From Candidatus Zixiibacteriota bacterium (GTDB taxonomy: Bacteria; Zixibacteria; MSB-5A5; CAIYYT01): DNA of 62,786 nt. This document shows positions 18,790-28,122 of the stretch, piece after piece. Made by a program: the position numbers and the translations under genes. Below the pieces are notes generated by a model, which saw only the letters and a list, made by a program, of their open reading frames with translations, ran no database searches and was not told the DNA's origin. The DNA lies in NCBI GenBank assembly GCA_040235515.1, contig JBECKX010000064.1:1-62786 (forward strand), written 5' to 3'. Each line of letters starts with the position of its first letter. Position 1 is the stretch's first letter.

Positions 18790-19470
18790 CTACTTACCGA
18801 ACAATCGCTGCTGTACTTTATCGCTGCGAAGTTCGCGGAGCGCATCCCGGGCCACCCATTGACATACCGTTGAATCGCAGGCTAGCAGTTCTTCCCCAAC
18901 CGCGATTGCCTCGCGACAGAGTGTGGCACTGCGCTTGCCGATCTGGCGCAGCGCCCAGGTAGCTGCCTTTTTGACAAAGTTGCGATCATCATCGCAGTTC
19001 TGCTTGATCAAATTGAAGAAGGGGCGAAAATCCTTTACCGCTGCGCGTTTGTCATGTACCGCCAGGTTAGCCATCAGCACAAACCCCGCTCGACGTGTGA
19101 ACTCCCGCTCCTGCTTCACCCATTTCCTGGCCTTCTCATACGCATAAGGGGTTTTGTCGAAGAGGTTTCCGCAGGCGGCGTCACAGATATCCCACGACTC
19201 GATCGATTTCACCCAGCGATCCATCGCAGCACGTGACATCTGCTTCGGATCGGCGATCAGCGTGGCCAGTGTGCGGGCCTCATGAAGCTTTTCATTCCAC
19301 AGTTCTTCCGCCAGTTTGTGATTGCTGCCGATCGATTTCGCCAGATCACGGATCTTCCACACCGCCACTCCATGTGCCCGTGTGGTTTTGATCCCGAAGT
19401 TTTTCATCCGGTGTCGGTAGCCCTCGTCCCCCATCTCACGCAGCCGCCTTAACACTTCTCCTTTGTTCAC
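18790..19470 (-). CDS. DNA alkylation repair protein (AlkD/HEAT-repeat family)
   Basis: 226 aa. YRHRMKNFGI...WNEKLHEARTLATLIADP...WDICDAAC...RNFVKKAATWALRQIGKRS matches the DNA_alkylation family pattern. Confidence 0.8.
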   Translation of the reverse strand: MNKGEVLRRLREMGDEGYRHRMKNFGIKTTRAHGVAVWKIRDLAKSIGSNHKLAEELWNEKLHEARTLATLIADPKQMSRAAMDRWVKSIESWDICDAACGNLFDKTPYAYEKARKWVKQEREFTRRAGFVLMANLAVHDKRAAVKDFRPFFNLIKQNCDDDRNFVKKAATWALRQIGKRSATLCREAIAVGEELLACDSTVCQWVARDALRELRSDKVQQRLFGK

Positions 19471-19485
19471 CAGCCATCAACTCCT

Positions 19486-20115
19486 TCACAGTTTCACGGC
19501 GAGCATCAACCCGTCGCGCAGTGGCATGATCGTGCAGAGGGCATCGGGGAGGCCGTAACTGTTCTTGTTAAATTCGAGCACACCTGCGGTCGACTTGTCC
19601 GGCGGATACTGCTCCACCACCTTGCCGGCGCGCAGAACATTGTCGGTAACCATGATCCCCCCGGCACGCAGCTTGGGCCAGGCGATCTCCAGAGCTTTCG
19701 GGTACTGGTGCTTGTCGATGTCGCAGAGGATGATGTCATACGGCGGCAGTGCAGCGTCCATTGACTCGATCGCGTCCCCTTCATACCAGATTATCTTCTC
19801 GGTGACTCCGGCGCGCTCGGCATACTCCCGACCCCGGGCGACGTTGGCGGGATCTCCCTCGGTACACTCGACCGAGCCATCGGCGGGCAGCGCCTGAGAG
19901 AACCAGATTGCCGAGTAACCATACCCGGAACCCATCTCGAAGATTCGCCTGGCGCCTGTCAGGTAGACCAGTTGCGCGAGAAAACGCCCTACCAGCGGAC
20001 CGATGATTGGAAAACCATTCTCCCTGGCATACTGCTCCATCTCCTGCAAAACCTGATGGGAGGCGGGGGTGAGTGACTTCATGTAGTCATTGAGCCTGGA
20101 ATTGACAATATCCAC
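19486..20115 (-). CDS. class I SAM-dependent O-methyltransferase (caffeoyl-CoA OMT/YrrM-like)
   Basis: 209 aa, GTG start. SAM motif RIFEMGSGYGYSAIW, acidic loop ILCDIDKHQYP, GGIMVTDNVL. Confidence 0.85.
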   Translation of the reverse strand: MDIVNSRLNDYMKSLTPASHQVLQEMEQYARENGFPIIGPLVGRFLAQLVYLTGARRIFEMGSGYGYSAIWFSQALPADGSVECTEGDPANVARGREYAERAGVTEKIIWYEGDAIESMDAALPPYDIILCDIDKHQYPKALEIAWPKLRAGGIMVTDNVLRAGKVVEQYPPDKSTAGVLEFNKNSYGLPDALCTIMPLRDGLMLAVKL

Positions 20116-20237
20116 GGCGGAGTCCTCCGAATGTGCGGGTTTGAATTATTGGTCATATACAATACGCATGTGGTGAGACCAAATCCGTCAACTTAGTAAG
20201 ATTTGGATAAATCTCTGCCTTGCAATATTATATCAAT

Positions 20238-21254
20238 ATGATGCAAGCCCGCAAGCTCACCGAAATGATCAAAGCCAGGGCCAGAGAACTTGGATTTTCC
20301 CGCGTCGGAGTGGCCAGGGCGGAGAGACTCGACGAGGATGCCGAGCGTCTGCGAAGCTGGCTGGAGGGCGGCAAGCATGGCACGATGCGCTGGATGGAAA
20401 ACTGGTTTGAGAAGCGGGTCGATCCGCGCAAACTCGTGGCGGGTGCGAAATCTGTCATAGTGCTGGCGCACAACTACTTCACGGAGAAGAAACAGTACGA
20501 TCCGCAGGCTCCGATGATAGCTAAGTACGCTCGCGGCAAGGATTATCATTGGGTGTTGAAACAGAAGCTCGGCACTTTGCTGGAACTGTTGCAGCAGCAG
20601 GCTGATGGAATCACTGGCCGGGTGTTTGTCGACTCCGCGCCTCTTCTGGAGCGCGCCTGGGGAGCGCGCGCCGGTCTGGGATGGATTGGAAAGAACTCGC
20701 TGCTGCTCCATCCGGAAGAGGGGAGCTTCTTCTTCCTCAGTGAAATCGTCGTGGATTGCGAACTTGAATACGATCAACCGCTGGAGGAGATGTGCGGTTC
20801 CTGTACAATGTGCATATCCTCCTGCCCTACCGGTGCGATCGTCGAACCACGGGTTGTGGATGCCCGGCGTTGTCTGTCATACCTTACGATCGAACACCGC
20901 GGCGAATTACCGGAGGCGCTTACGGGACGAATGAACAACTGGATGTTTGGCTGTGATATTTGCCAGGATGTTTGTCCGTTCAACCGCCAATCGAAATCTC
21001 ATACCGAACCTCAATTCGAGCCGGATGAGGAGATGCTATCAATGACCTGGGCCGATTGGCAGAAACTTGATCGGGCTACGTTTAACCGGCTCTTCAAGGG
21101 AACGGCGGTCACGAGAACTCGTTATCAGGGATTGAAACGGAATATCGAATTCCTGGGACCTGAACCACCCGAGGTGGAAACGGACAAGGAACGAGAAGAA
21201 CGCCGCGCCCGTGCAAGAGAGATTTTGAGCCGGCGCCCCCGACACAACAAATGA
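20238..21254 (+). CDS. queG: tRNA epoxyqueuosine(34) reductase
   Basis: CGSCTMCISSCPTGAI and FGCDICQDVCPFN 4Fe-4S motifs, CLSYLTIEHRGELPE, and an N-terminal DUF1730-like region. ATG at 20238 is preferred over TTG at 20220. Confidence 0.9.
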   Translation: MMQARKLTEMIKARARELGFSRVGVARAERLDEDAERLRSWLEGGKHGTMRWMENWFEKRVDPRKLVAGAKSVIVLAHNYFTEKKQYDPQAPMIAKYARGKDYHWVLKQKLGTLLELLQQQADGITGRVFVDSAPLLERAWGARAGLGWIGKNSLLLHPEEGSFFFLSEIVVDCELEYDQPLEEMCGSCTMCISSCPTGAIVEPRVVDARRCLSYLTIEHRGELPEALTGRMNNWMFGCDICQDVCPFNRQSKSHTEPQFEPDEEMLSMTWADWQKLDRATFNRLFKGTAVTRTRYQGLKRNIEFLGPEPPEVETDKEREERRARAREILSRRPRHNK

Positions 21255-21264
21255 GCATACACCA

Positions 21265-21858
21265 ATGACTTCGACACCAGACCAAACTGAGAATCTCAGA
21301 TCAAAGATAAGACACTGTTTATCCGCCCGGCAGAAACAGCGCATCGTAGCTGATCAGACCCTGCCCGCCGGGGTAATCATTCCATTGTTCGAAAAAGATG
21401 GTGCAGTGCATGTCCTTTTGACTCTCCGCACCGAGACGGTGGCAACTCACAAGGGGCAAATCTCGTTTCCGGGGGGAGCGTGGGAACCGGGCGATCAGTC
21501 GATACTCGACACGGCGCTGCGGGAGACACACGAGGAGGTTGGCATCGACCCCGATGATTTCGAGATCGTCGGTGAACTGGATGATGTGATTGCGGTGTCA
21601 GACCACCTCGTCACACCCTTTGTCGGGTTCTTTCCCTATCCCTACGAATTCAAAGTGAGCGACATCGAGATCGCCGAACTGATCGAGATCCCGCTCGATT
21701 TCTTCCTCGATGACAGCAACCGTCGTTCGGGCAAGCGCGAGCACCGCGGCAACCGTGTTACGGTTCATTACTATGACTACGGTGAGCACACGGTGTGGGG
21801 CCTGACCGCGCATATTCTGAAGGGGTTTCTCGATATCTGTTTTCGCTCCGCCCAATGA
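21265..21858 (+). CDS. Nudix hydrolase, CoA pyrophosphatase subfamily
   Basis: NuCoA motif VLLTLRTETVATHKGQISFPGG, followed by the Nudix box GGAWEPGDQSILDTALRETHEEVGI. Confidence 0.85.
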   Translation: MTSTPDQTENLRSKIRHCLSARQKQRIVADQTLPAGVIIPLFEKDGAVHVLLTLRTETVATHKGQISFPGGAWEPGDQSILDTALRETHEEVGIDPDDFEIVGELDDVIAVSDHLVTPFVGFFPYPYEFKVSDIEIAELIEIPLDFFLDDSNRRSGKREHRGNRVTVHYYDYGEHTVWGLTAHILKGFLDICFRSAQ

Positions 21859-21948
21859 TCTTCGGCTGTGAGATTGCGCTCATCTTGACTTCCGGATATC
21901 ATCACGGTATTTTCCCTCCACGTAGGAGAGAATGGAGAGAATACCGCA

Positions 21949-23916
21949 ATGCCACAAAACCTCGTTGAGAAAATCGCCCAGAAATACGCGTATCAGTTGA
22001 AGCCGGGGGATGAAGTCCGCGCCGGTGACTATATTTCGATCAAGCCGCAGCATGTGATGACACACGACAACTCCGGTGCCGTTATTCCCAAATTCAAGTC
22101 GATCGGCGCTACCAGGATCGCCAACAAGCGGCAGGTTGTTTTCACACTCGATCATAAGGTTCAAGACCGCAGCGAGGAGAATCTGGGCAAGTATGCCAAT
22201 ATCGAGGCGTTCGCCAAAGAGCATGGGATAGACTTCTATCCGGCCGGCCGCGGGATCGGGCATCAAATCATGTGTGAGGAGGGTTACGCCTGGCCCGGCA
22301 CGCTGGTGGTGGCATCCGACAGCCATTCCAATATGTATGGTGGCCTGGGTTGTCTCGGAACACCGATTGTCCGCACCGATGCTGCCGCGATCTGGGCAAC
22401 CGGTCGCACCTGGTGGCAAGTACCGCCGGTGGCGCGAGTCGAGTTACGGGGAAGGCTCAATCCGGGAATCAGCGGCAAGGATGTGATCGTGACCCTGTGC
22501 GGGCTATTCAACAACGATGAAGTCCTCAACCATGCGGTCGAGTTTGTCGGCGACGGTATCGCACAGCTCTCCCTCGATGAAAGATTGACGATCGCCAACA
22601 TGACCACCGAGTGGGGCGCGCTGGCAGGAGTGTTCCCGATTGATGAGGTCACTCTCAACTGGCTGCGCGAACGCGTTGCCTTTGTCAAGCTGCGTGGTCT
22701 GTCGGGTGTGCCCTCCGATCTGGATGGGAACGGGCAGCACCCAAGGCTGACAGAGGCGAGAGTCGCCGAGCTGGAGGGGAGTTTACCTGTAGCGGATACT
22801 GATGCGGAGTATGCCAGGGAGCTTTATCTTGAGCTCGACACGGTGCAACCATACGTCTCCGGGCCTAACTCCGTGAAAGTGATGACCTCGGTTGCGGAGA
22901 TGCGCGATCGCAAGGTGAAGATCCACAAGGCATACTTGATGTCATGCGTCAATGCCCGCGTGCAGGATCTCGCCGAGGCCGCCCAGGTTGTCAGGGGCCG
23001 CAAGATTGCAGATGGTGTAAAATTCTATGTCGCCGCGGCTTCGAGCGAAGTGCAGGCCGAATCGGAAAGGCGTGGTGACTGGCAGGCACTGCTTGCTGCC
23101 GGCGCTACTCCGCTGGTCGCCGGTTGCGGTGCGTGTATTGGAATGGGTGAGGGCATTCTTGAGGATGGCGAAGTCGGCATTTCAGCCACCAATCGCAATT
23201 TCAAGGGTCGGATGGGATCGAGGGACGCTGTGGCGTATCTGGCCTCTCCGGCGGTCGTAGCGGCATCGGCAATTGCTGGATACATTGATTCACCAACCGG
23301 TAATGGCAACACCAAACCTGCTGGTGAGGTGACTGCAATAAACAAGGCCAAGAAGAAGGCGGGAGCGACCAGAGTCATTGCCGGTTTCCCGAAGCGGATC
23401 GAGGGTGAGTTGATTTTCTGTCACCAGGACAACATGAACACCGATGGCATCTATCCCGGCAAGTACACCTACATCGATGATTTTTCGCCAGAGGATCAGG
23501 CGCGCGTCGTGATGGAAAATTACGATCCAGAGTTTGGTAAGAAAGTGAAGGATGGTGATATCCTGGTTGGTGGTTATAACTTCGGGATGGGGTCCTCGCG
23601 CGAGCAGGCGGCGACTGCTTTGAAGTATCGTGGAATTCAGCTGGTGCTCGCGGGATCATTCTCTGAGACTTACAAACGCAATGCGCTGAATAACGGGTTC
23701 CTTACCATTGAAGCGCCCGAGCTTGTGGATGAACTCAAGTCACGCTTCGGCAAGGAGCAACTGACGGTCGCCACGAAGCTGACGGCGGTAGTCGATTTCG
23801 AAAATTCGGCGGTGACGGTTGACGGCAAGGAGTACCCGATGGCCGCGATTGGCGAGGCGGCTCAGGAGTTGATTGTGAGCGGCGGTCTCGAGGCCTGGGT
23901 AGCGGAGAGATTGTAG
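21949..23916 (+). CDS. aconitase-family hydro-lyase with fused large and swivel (small) domains (homoaconitase/3-isopropylmalate dehydratase-like)
   Basis: 655 aa. ASDSHSNMYGGLGCLG. Fe-S cluster Cys residues in MSCVNARV and GCGACIGMG. ATNRNFKGRMGS. C-terminal LeuD-like part (GGYNFGMGSSREQAA). Confidence 0.88.
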   Translation: MPQNLVEKIAQKYAYQLKPGDEVRAGDYISIKPQHVMTHDNSGAVIPKFKSIGATRIANKRQVVFTLDHKVQDRSEENLGKYANIEAFAKEHGIDFYPAGRGIGHQIMCEEGYAWPGTLVVASDSHSNMYGGLGCLGTPIVRTDAAAIWATGRTWWQVPPVARVELRGRLNPGISGKDVIVTLCGLFNNDEVLNHAVEFVGDGIAQLSLDERLTIANMTTEWGALAGVFPIDEVTLNWLRERVAFVKLRGLSGVPSDLDGNGQHPRLTEARVAELEGSLPVADTDAEYARELYLELDTVQPYVSGPNSVKVMTSVAEMRDRKVKIHKAYLMSCVNARVQDLAEAAQVVRGRKIADGVKFYVAAASSEVQAESERRGDWQALLAAGATPLVAGCGACIGMGEGILEDGEVGISATNRNFKGRMGSRDAVAYLASPAVVAASAIAGYIDSPTGNGNTKPAGEVTAINKAKKKAGATRVIAGFPKRIEGELIFCHQDNMNTDGIYPGKYTYIDDFSPEDQARVVMENYDPEFGKKVKDGDILVGGYNFGMGSSREQAATALKYRGIQLVLAGSFSETYKRNALNNGFLTIEAPELVDELKSRFGKEQLTVATKLTAVVDFENSAVTVDGKEYPMAAIGEAAQELIVSGGLEAWVAERL

Positions 23917-23999
23917 GGGGGTACTCAATCCTGCAGGACAAACCCAATTGATTTAACCTCCGCGTGAAGGCGGTAGTTTGCAGTAGAAAGGATGGGGAA

Positions 24000-24470
24000 A
24001 TGAAGAAGTTCTTAATCTGGTTCGGCGGCATCGTGCTGTCGTTGATCTTAATCTTCGTGATACTGATGGCCTATGCGGCGCTGGGCAAACCGAACTGGGA
24101 TAGGTTCTCAGAAGAACACGCCAAAACAGTTGTTGGAAACTTCGCTCAGATGAATGAGGAAGAATTCAACAGGTACTGGGGCGACCATCCACCCGGCACG
24201 AAGGCGCAACGCGATGCACTCATCAACTATGCAGCCAGCTTTGGCCACCTGGAGACTATTGATGACGTAAAGCGAGTGCACTACACGCAGCACGTTGCAC
24301 TCAATGGCATACATCGCTACTATGTCTATGATGTTCACGCAACCTACAGCAACAGCCCCGCTCTCATTAGACTGTGGTTTCACATTTACGGTGACAGTTT
24401 GACAGTGCAGAACATGACGATTAACACTGATAGCAGCCACGTAGCCGTGCAGACTGATGGGGCTAAATGA
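24000..24470 (+). CDS. membrane-anchored hypothetical protein
   Basis: ATG at 24000 is preceded by AAGGATGGGGA. N-terminal TM helix (FLIWFGGIVLSLILIFVILMAYA). No recognisable motif. The ORF is open from a GTG at 23964. Confidence 0.5.
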   Translation: MKKFLIWFGGIVLSLILIFVILMAYAALGKPNWDRFSEEHAKTVVGNFAQMNEEEFNRYWGDHPPGTKAQRDALINYAASFGHLETIDDVKRVHYTQHVALNGIHRYYVYDVHATYSNSPALIRLWFHIYGDSLTVQNMTINTDSSHVAVQTDGAK

Positions 24471-24634
24471 GGCTGTGGCGGGTAGCAGCTCGATTCGCCG
24501 CGCTGGTGTCTCGTACTAACTCGTTAGCCGCTTGAAAGCTGGTGTGAATACCAATCATGCCTGCTTCGGGTGTACGCTCACGGAGCAGACTGACTTTCCT
24601 CTTCCCCTGGGACTATATTTGAAGCAGTTGACCT

Positions 24635-25816
24635 TTAGAAGGTCACCGTCACTCCGCGTGCTTGCAAAGCCGGAATCTGTTCATCAGTAGCAACCTGCGA
24701 CAATGGATTTCCGCGCACATCAAGTTCGGCGCCGGTGGCAAAACTCGCATTAGCCACGAGTGGCGCAAGGTCGGTCACCTGGCTGTAGGCGAGATAAACC
24801 GAGCGCAGCGCCGGGAGGTCGGCGAGTGCGGAGATGTCGCTCAAATTGTTACCGCCGGCGATCAGCAACCAGAGTGATTTCTTGCCTGCAACCACGTCGA
24901 GGTTCGTCAATCCCAGACTCCCAAGATTGATATCGGTCAGGGAGTCGAGATCATCGATCGGTGAAAGATGGGACAACTGCGGATTGTCGTGAATCGCCAG
25001 AGAACGCATGCGCGGCATATTCGCAACGACAGAGATATCGGTTAGTTGATTCTGGCCGATTCCGAGTTGAACGAGGTTCGTCAGGCCGCTGATATCCGAG
25101 ATATCGGTAAGCCCGTTGGCGGTGATGTTCAGTGCCTCGAGTTGCGTCAAGTTGGATAGTGGTGTGAGGTCGGTAATCTGGTTTCCGAGCAGGTTGGCGA
25201 TCTTGAGATTGGTGGCGTACTCCAGGCCGCTGATAGTCGCAATCCCCATATCGTTGCCACCGATATCAATCAACTTCAGCATGTCGGAAAGCCGAATATC
25301 TCCAGAGGGGCGCGCAACCGCGGCTCTGATCAGTTGTTGCAGCACCGGATCGGGGATCTCGATCACCTGTTCCTGCGGACAGGTGGCGTGCGCACAGTTG
25401 GAGATTCCGCTGACGTTGCCAAGTTCATCTGAGGATTTCAGGGCGAAGTAGTAGGTGGTTGAGGGGTCAAGCTCGTTGATCGTCACCTCCTGCGTGGTTC
25501 CTGCCATCAAGGGGAGGATTTCGATATCAACCTTCACCGCCGCCGCAAAATTCGCTTCGGTGATCGTTTCGAGTGCTCCGCGCAGGTCGTAAGACTCGAC
25601 CCAACCGGAGGTGTCGTCATCCCCGGGTGCGGTCCACTTGAGAGTCAGCGATGTCGGAGCAACATCAGTTATCCGCAAGTCTGATACTGCGGCAGGGGGA
25701 ATCAGATCATCGGATACAACATCATCATCGGTTGATTTGCTGGAGCAGCCAACCAGAGTGACCATAATTGCGAAGCATGCGAATCGAATCAGAGATGTTG
25801 GCAGAAGCTTCCTCAT
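24635..25816 (-). CDS. lipoprotein with an FN3-like domain and internalin-like leucine-rich repeats
   Basis: Start at MRKLLP with lipobox LVGCSS. FN3-like PPAAVSDLRITDVAPTSLTLKWTAPGDD. About 8 tandem ~22-aa LRRs (L.NL..L.L..NQ(I/L)TD(I/L)). Confidence 0.8.
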   Translation of the reverse strand: MRKLLPTSLIRFACFAIMVTLVGCSSKSTDDDVVSDDLIPPAAVSDLRITDVAPTSLTLKWTAPGDDDTSGWVESYDLRGALETITEANFAAAVKVDIEILPLMAGTTQEVTINELDPSTTYYFALKSSDELGNVSGISNCAHATCPQEQVIEIPDPVLQQLIRAAVARPSGDIRLSDMLKLIDIGGNDMGIATISGLEYATNLKIANLLGNQITDLTPLSNLTQLEALNITANGLTDISDISGLTNLVQLGIGQNQLTDISVVANMPRMRSLAIHDNPQLSHLSPIDDLDSLTDINLGSLGLTNLDVVAGKKSLWLLIAGGNNLSDISALADLPALRSVYLAYSQVTDLAPLVANASFATGAELDVRGNPLSQVATDEQIPALQARGVTVTF

Positions 25817-26108
25817 AAAACCCTCCTCGACCAGGGTCATAAAGAGTTGATTTTGGGTAGGTTATCGGGCAGAGACATTGAGGCAACACCAGGGCGGGCC
25901 TGTCCGTATGGTAACCGCAAAATAGGACAAAGGAGTCGATGAGGCAAGAGCGAATTGGCCCGAAGTCGCCGGCCAGGCTCCTGCTGGAGAGTTGCTGAAT
26001 CAGTCAGAACACGGCCTGATTCTTGCACCGAGAGGGAGATGATTTTTCAAGCCAACCGTTCCGGGAGGGGAGCGATTGCCGCAATCTGCTCATGGAATCC
26101 CACTCTGT

Positions 26109-26136
26109 TTGACATACAGATTTAATTCCATTTATT
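26109..26136 (+). promoter_or_regulatory. candidate sigma70-type promoter for the 26177 gene
   Basis: TTGACA (26109-26114), 16-nt spacer, TTTATT (26131-26136), about 40 nt upstream of the ATG. Motif match only. Confidence 0.3.
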
Positions 26137-26176
26137 CACGAGGACCACATATCCACAATAATGGGAAGGATGTCGC

Positions 26177-27067
26177 ATGAGAGTTTCAGGAACGATCACC
26201 GCTCTACTGTTTGTCGCCTGCCTGCTGGCAGCATGTTCATCTACGTCGCCGGAGCGGGTCGTAACCGTTGTAGCCCAGGACTTCAAGTTCACCGTCGATG
26301 ACACGATCCCTTCGGGCTGGAACCATTTCGAATTCAAGAATTCGGGGCACACGGTTCATTTCTTTCTCCTCAACAAATTACCGGACGGAGTCAGCTACGA
26401 GCAGTACACCGAGAAAGTCACCAGGGGATTTCAGGTTGCGTTTGATTCTGTCAGGGCCGGCGCCGGCCAACAGAGGGGGATCGAGATTCTCCTGCAGACA
26501 GTACCGGGTTGGTTCTTCAGTGAGGTCAAACAGTTTGGTGGTTCCGGATTGCTCACTAACGGCAAGAGCACTGATGTCTACTTGAATTTGCCGGCAGGCA
26601 CCTACGTAATGGAGTGCTACATCAAGGAGCAGGGAGTGTTCCACTCGACAACCGGGATGATCAGCAAGCTGGTTGTGAGCGCGGAGCAATCGACGACTCA
26701 ACCTCCGATGGCAGATCTACAGGTCTCGCTCTCGAATTTCAAGATTGAGACGCAGGGAGTTTTTCACCGGGGAAAGAACACTGTGGCAGTCAAGTTCCTT
26801 GAACATCCCGAAGTAGGTCTTGGGAATGATCTCCACATCTTCAAGGTGACCGGCGATTCGACTATCGCCAAAGTTGTTCCGTGGCTAAACTGGCTCAATC
26901 TTGAAGGGCTGCAATCTCCAGCGCCTGCTGAATTCCTGGGTGGCGTGCAGGAGATGCCCGCCGGGGAAACAGCTTACTTCACTGTCACGCTCGACAGCGG
27001 CAACTATGCCCTGGTAGCTGAGCCACAGGCGAGTAACGGAATGATCGAGGAATTTTCGATCGAATAG
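26177..27067 (+). CDS. lipoprotein of unknown function, possibly two cupredoxin-like beta-sandwich domains
   Basis: Lipobox LLAACSS. 296 aa. GHTVHFFL and C-x8-H-x4-M (ECYIKEQGVFHSTTGM) are reminiscent of type-1 Cu ligands. The assignment is tentative. Confidence 0.6.
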   Translation: MRVSGTITALLFVACLLAACSSTSPERVVTVVAQDFKFTVDDTIPSGWNHFEFKNSGHTVHFFLLNKLPDGVSYEQYTEKVTRGFQVAFDSVRAGAGQQRGIEILLQTVPGWFFSEVKQFGGSGLLTNGKSTDVYLNLPAGTYVMECYIKEQGVFHSTTGMISKLVVSAEQSTTQPPMADLQVSLSNFKIETQGVFHRGKNTVAVKFLEHPEVGLGNDLHIFKVTGDSTIAKVVPWLNWLNLEGLQSPAPAEFLGGVQEMPAGETAYFTVTLDSGNYALVAEPQASNGMIEEFSIE

Positions 27068-27159
27068 TTGCGCGAGGAGCGAATCTTTACGGATTCCTTC
27101 CACCAATCAGCCTGGGCGGGGAGCGAGTAGTACTCGCCCCCGCACACCAACTTCCCCGC

Positions 27160-27188
27160 TTGACACCCCCTCCGGCAAAACCTACATT
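27160..27188 (+). promoter_or_regulatory. candidate sigma70-type promoter for nfo
   Basis: TTGACA (27160-27165), 17-nt spacer, TACATT (27183-27188), 36 nt upstream of the nfo ATG. It lies just downstream of a GC-rich hairpin (27117-27142) that could terminate the preceding gene. Confidence 0.4.
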
Positions 27189-27224
27189 TTCGGCAATAGA
27201 ATTCGGAGACTTGAAAGGACCATA

Positions 27225-28097
27225 TTGATGGCTGAAGCCAAACTTTTACTTGGGGCGCATATGTCAACGTCGGGGGGATTACATAACGCGATCGAGCATG
27301 GTGTCAACACCGGCTGTACTTCACTGCAGATTTTCACCAAGAACAACAACCGCTGGGAGCAGAAGCCTACCACGGATGAGGCTGCCGAGAAGTTCATCAC
27401 TGCTCAGAAAGAGGCGAAAATCGACCCGGTAGTGTCACATACGGCATACTTGATTAACCTCGCTACCCCCAAAGATGAGTTTCATCAGAAGTCGCTAAAG
27501 GCGTTGATCGATGAAATCGAGCGTGCCGAGCAGTTAAACATTCCCGATGCCGTGCTCCACCCGGGATCACCGCTGGATGAAGGCCCGGAGTATGGCATGA
27601 AGAAGATCATTGAGTCGCTCAACCGCTGCATCGAGGCCACCAAAGATTGTAAAGCGCGAATTTCCCTTGAGGTCACTGCCGGACAGGGATCGCATCTCGG
27701 CTATACCTTCGAACAGATCGCCGAGATGATCGACGGTGTGGAGGACAAATCGCGTGTCAGTGTTTGTGTCGATACCTGCCACATCTTCGCGGCGGGCTAT
27801 GATATCCGCACCAAGGAGGTGTATGAGGAAACGTGGAAGAAGTTCGCGAAGACAGTTGGGATGAAGTATCTGAAGGTGCTTCACCTGAATGATTCGAAGA
27901 AGGAACTTGGTTCGCGGGTTGATCGACATACCCACATTGGCGATGGGGAGATCGGCAAGGATGCGTTCAAGTTTATTATGCAAGATAAGCGTTTCGACAA
28001 GATACCCAAACTGCTCGAGACCCCCAAGAGCAAGGAGGGTTACGAGTTTGACCTGAAGAATCTGAAGATCCTGCGGGACTTCTGGAAGAAGCGTTAG
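27225..28097 (+). CDS. nfo: deoxyribonuclease IV (endonuclease IV, AP endonuclease family 2)
   Basis: LLGAHMSTSGG, SLQIFTKNNNRW, HTAYLINLA, VLHPGS, LEVTAGQGSHLG, VDTCHIFAAGYD, LHLNDSK...GSRVDRHTHIGDGEIG. All Zn-ligand motifs are present. Confidence 0.95.
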   Translation: MMAEAKLLLGAHMSTSGGLHNAIEHGVNTGCTSLQIFTKNNNRWEQKPTTDEAAEKFITAQKEAKIDPVVSHTAYLINLATPKDEFHQKSLKALIDEIERAEQLNIPDAVLHPGSPLDEGPEYGMKKIIESLNRCIEATKDCKARISLEVTAGQGSHLGYTFEQIAEMIDGVEDKSRVSVCVDTCHIFAAGYDIRTKEVYEETWKKFAKTVGMKYLKVLHLNDSKKELGSRVDRHTHIGDGEIGKDAFKFIMQDKRFDKIPKLLETPKSKEGYEFDLKNLKILRDFWKKR

Positions 28098-28122
28098 GAA
28101 TGGTCGGGGGATAGAAGTAGTG

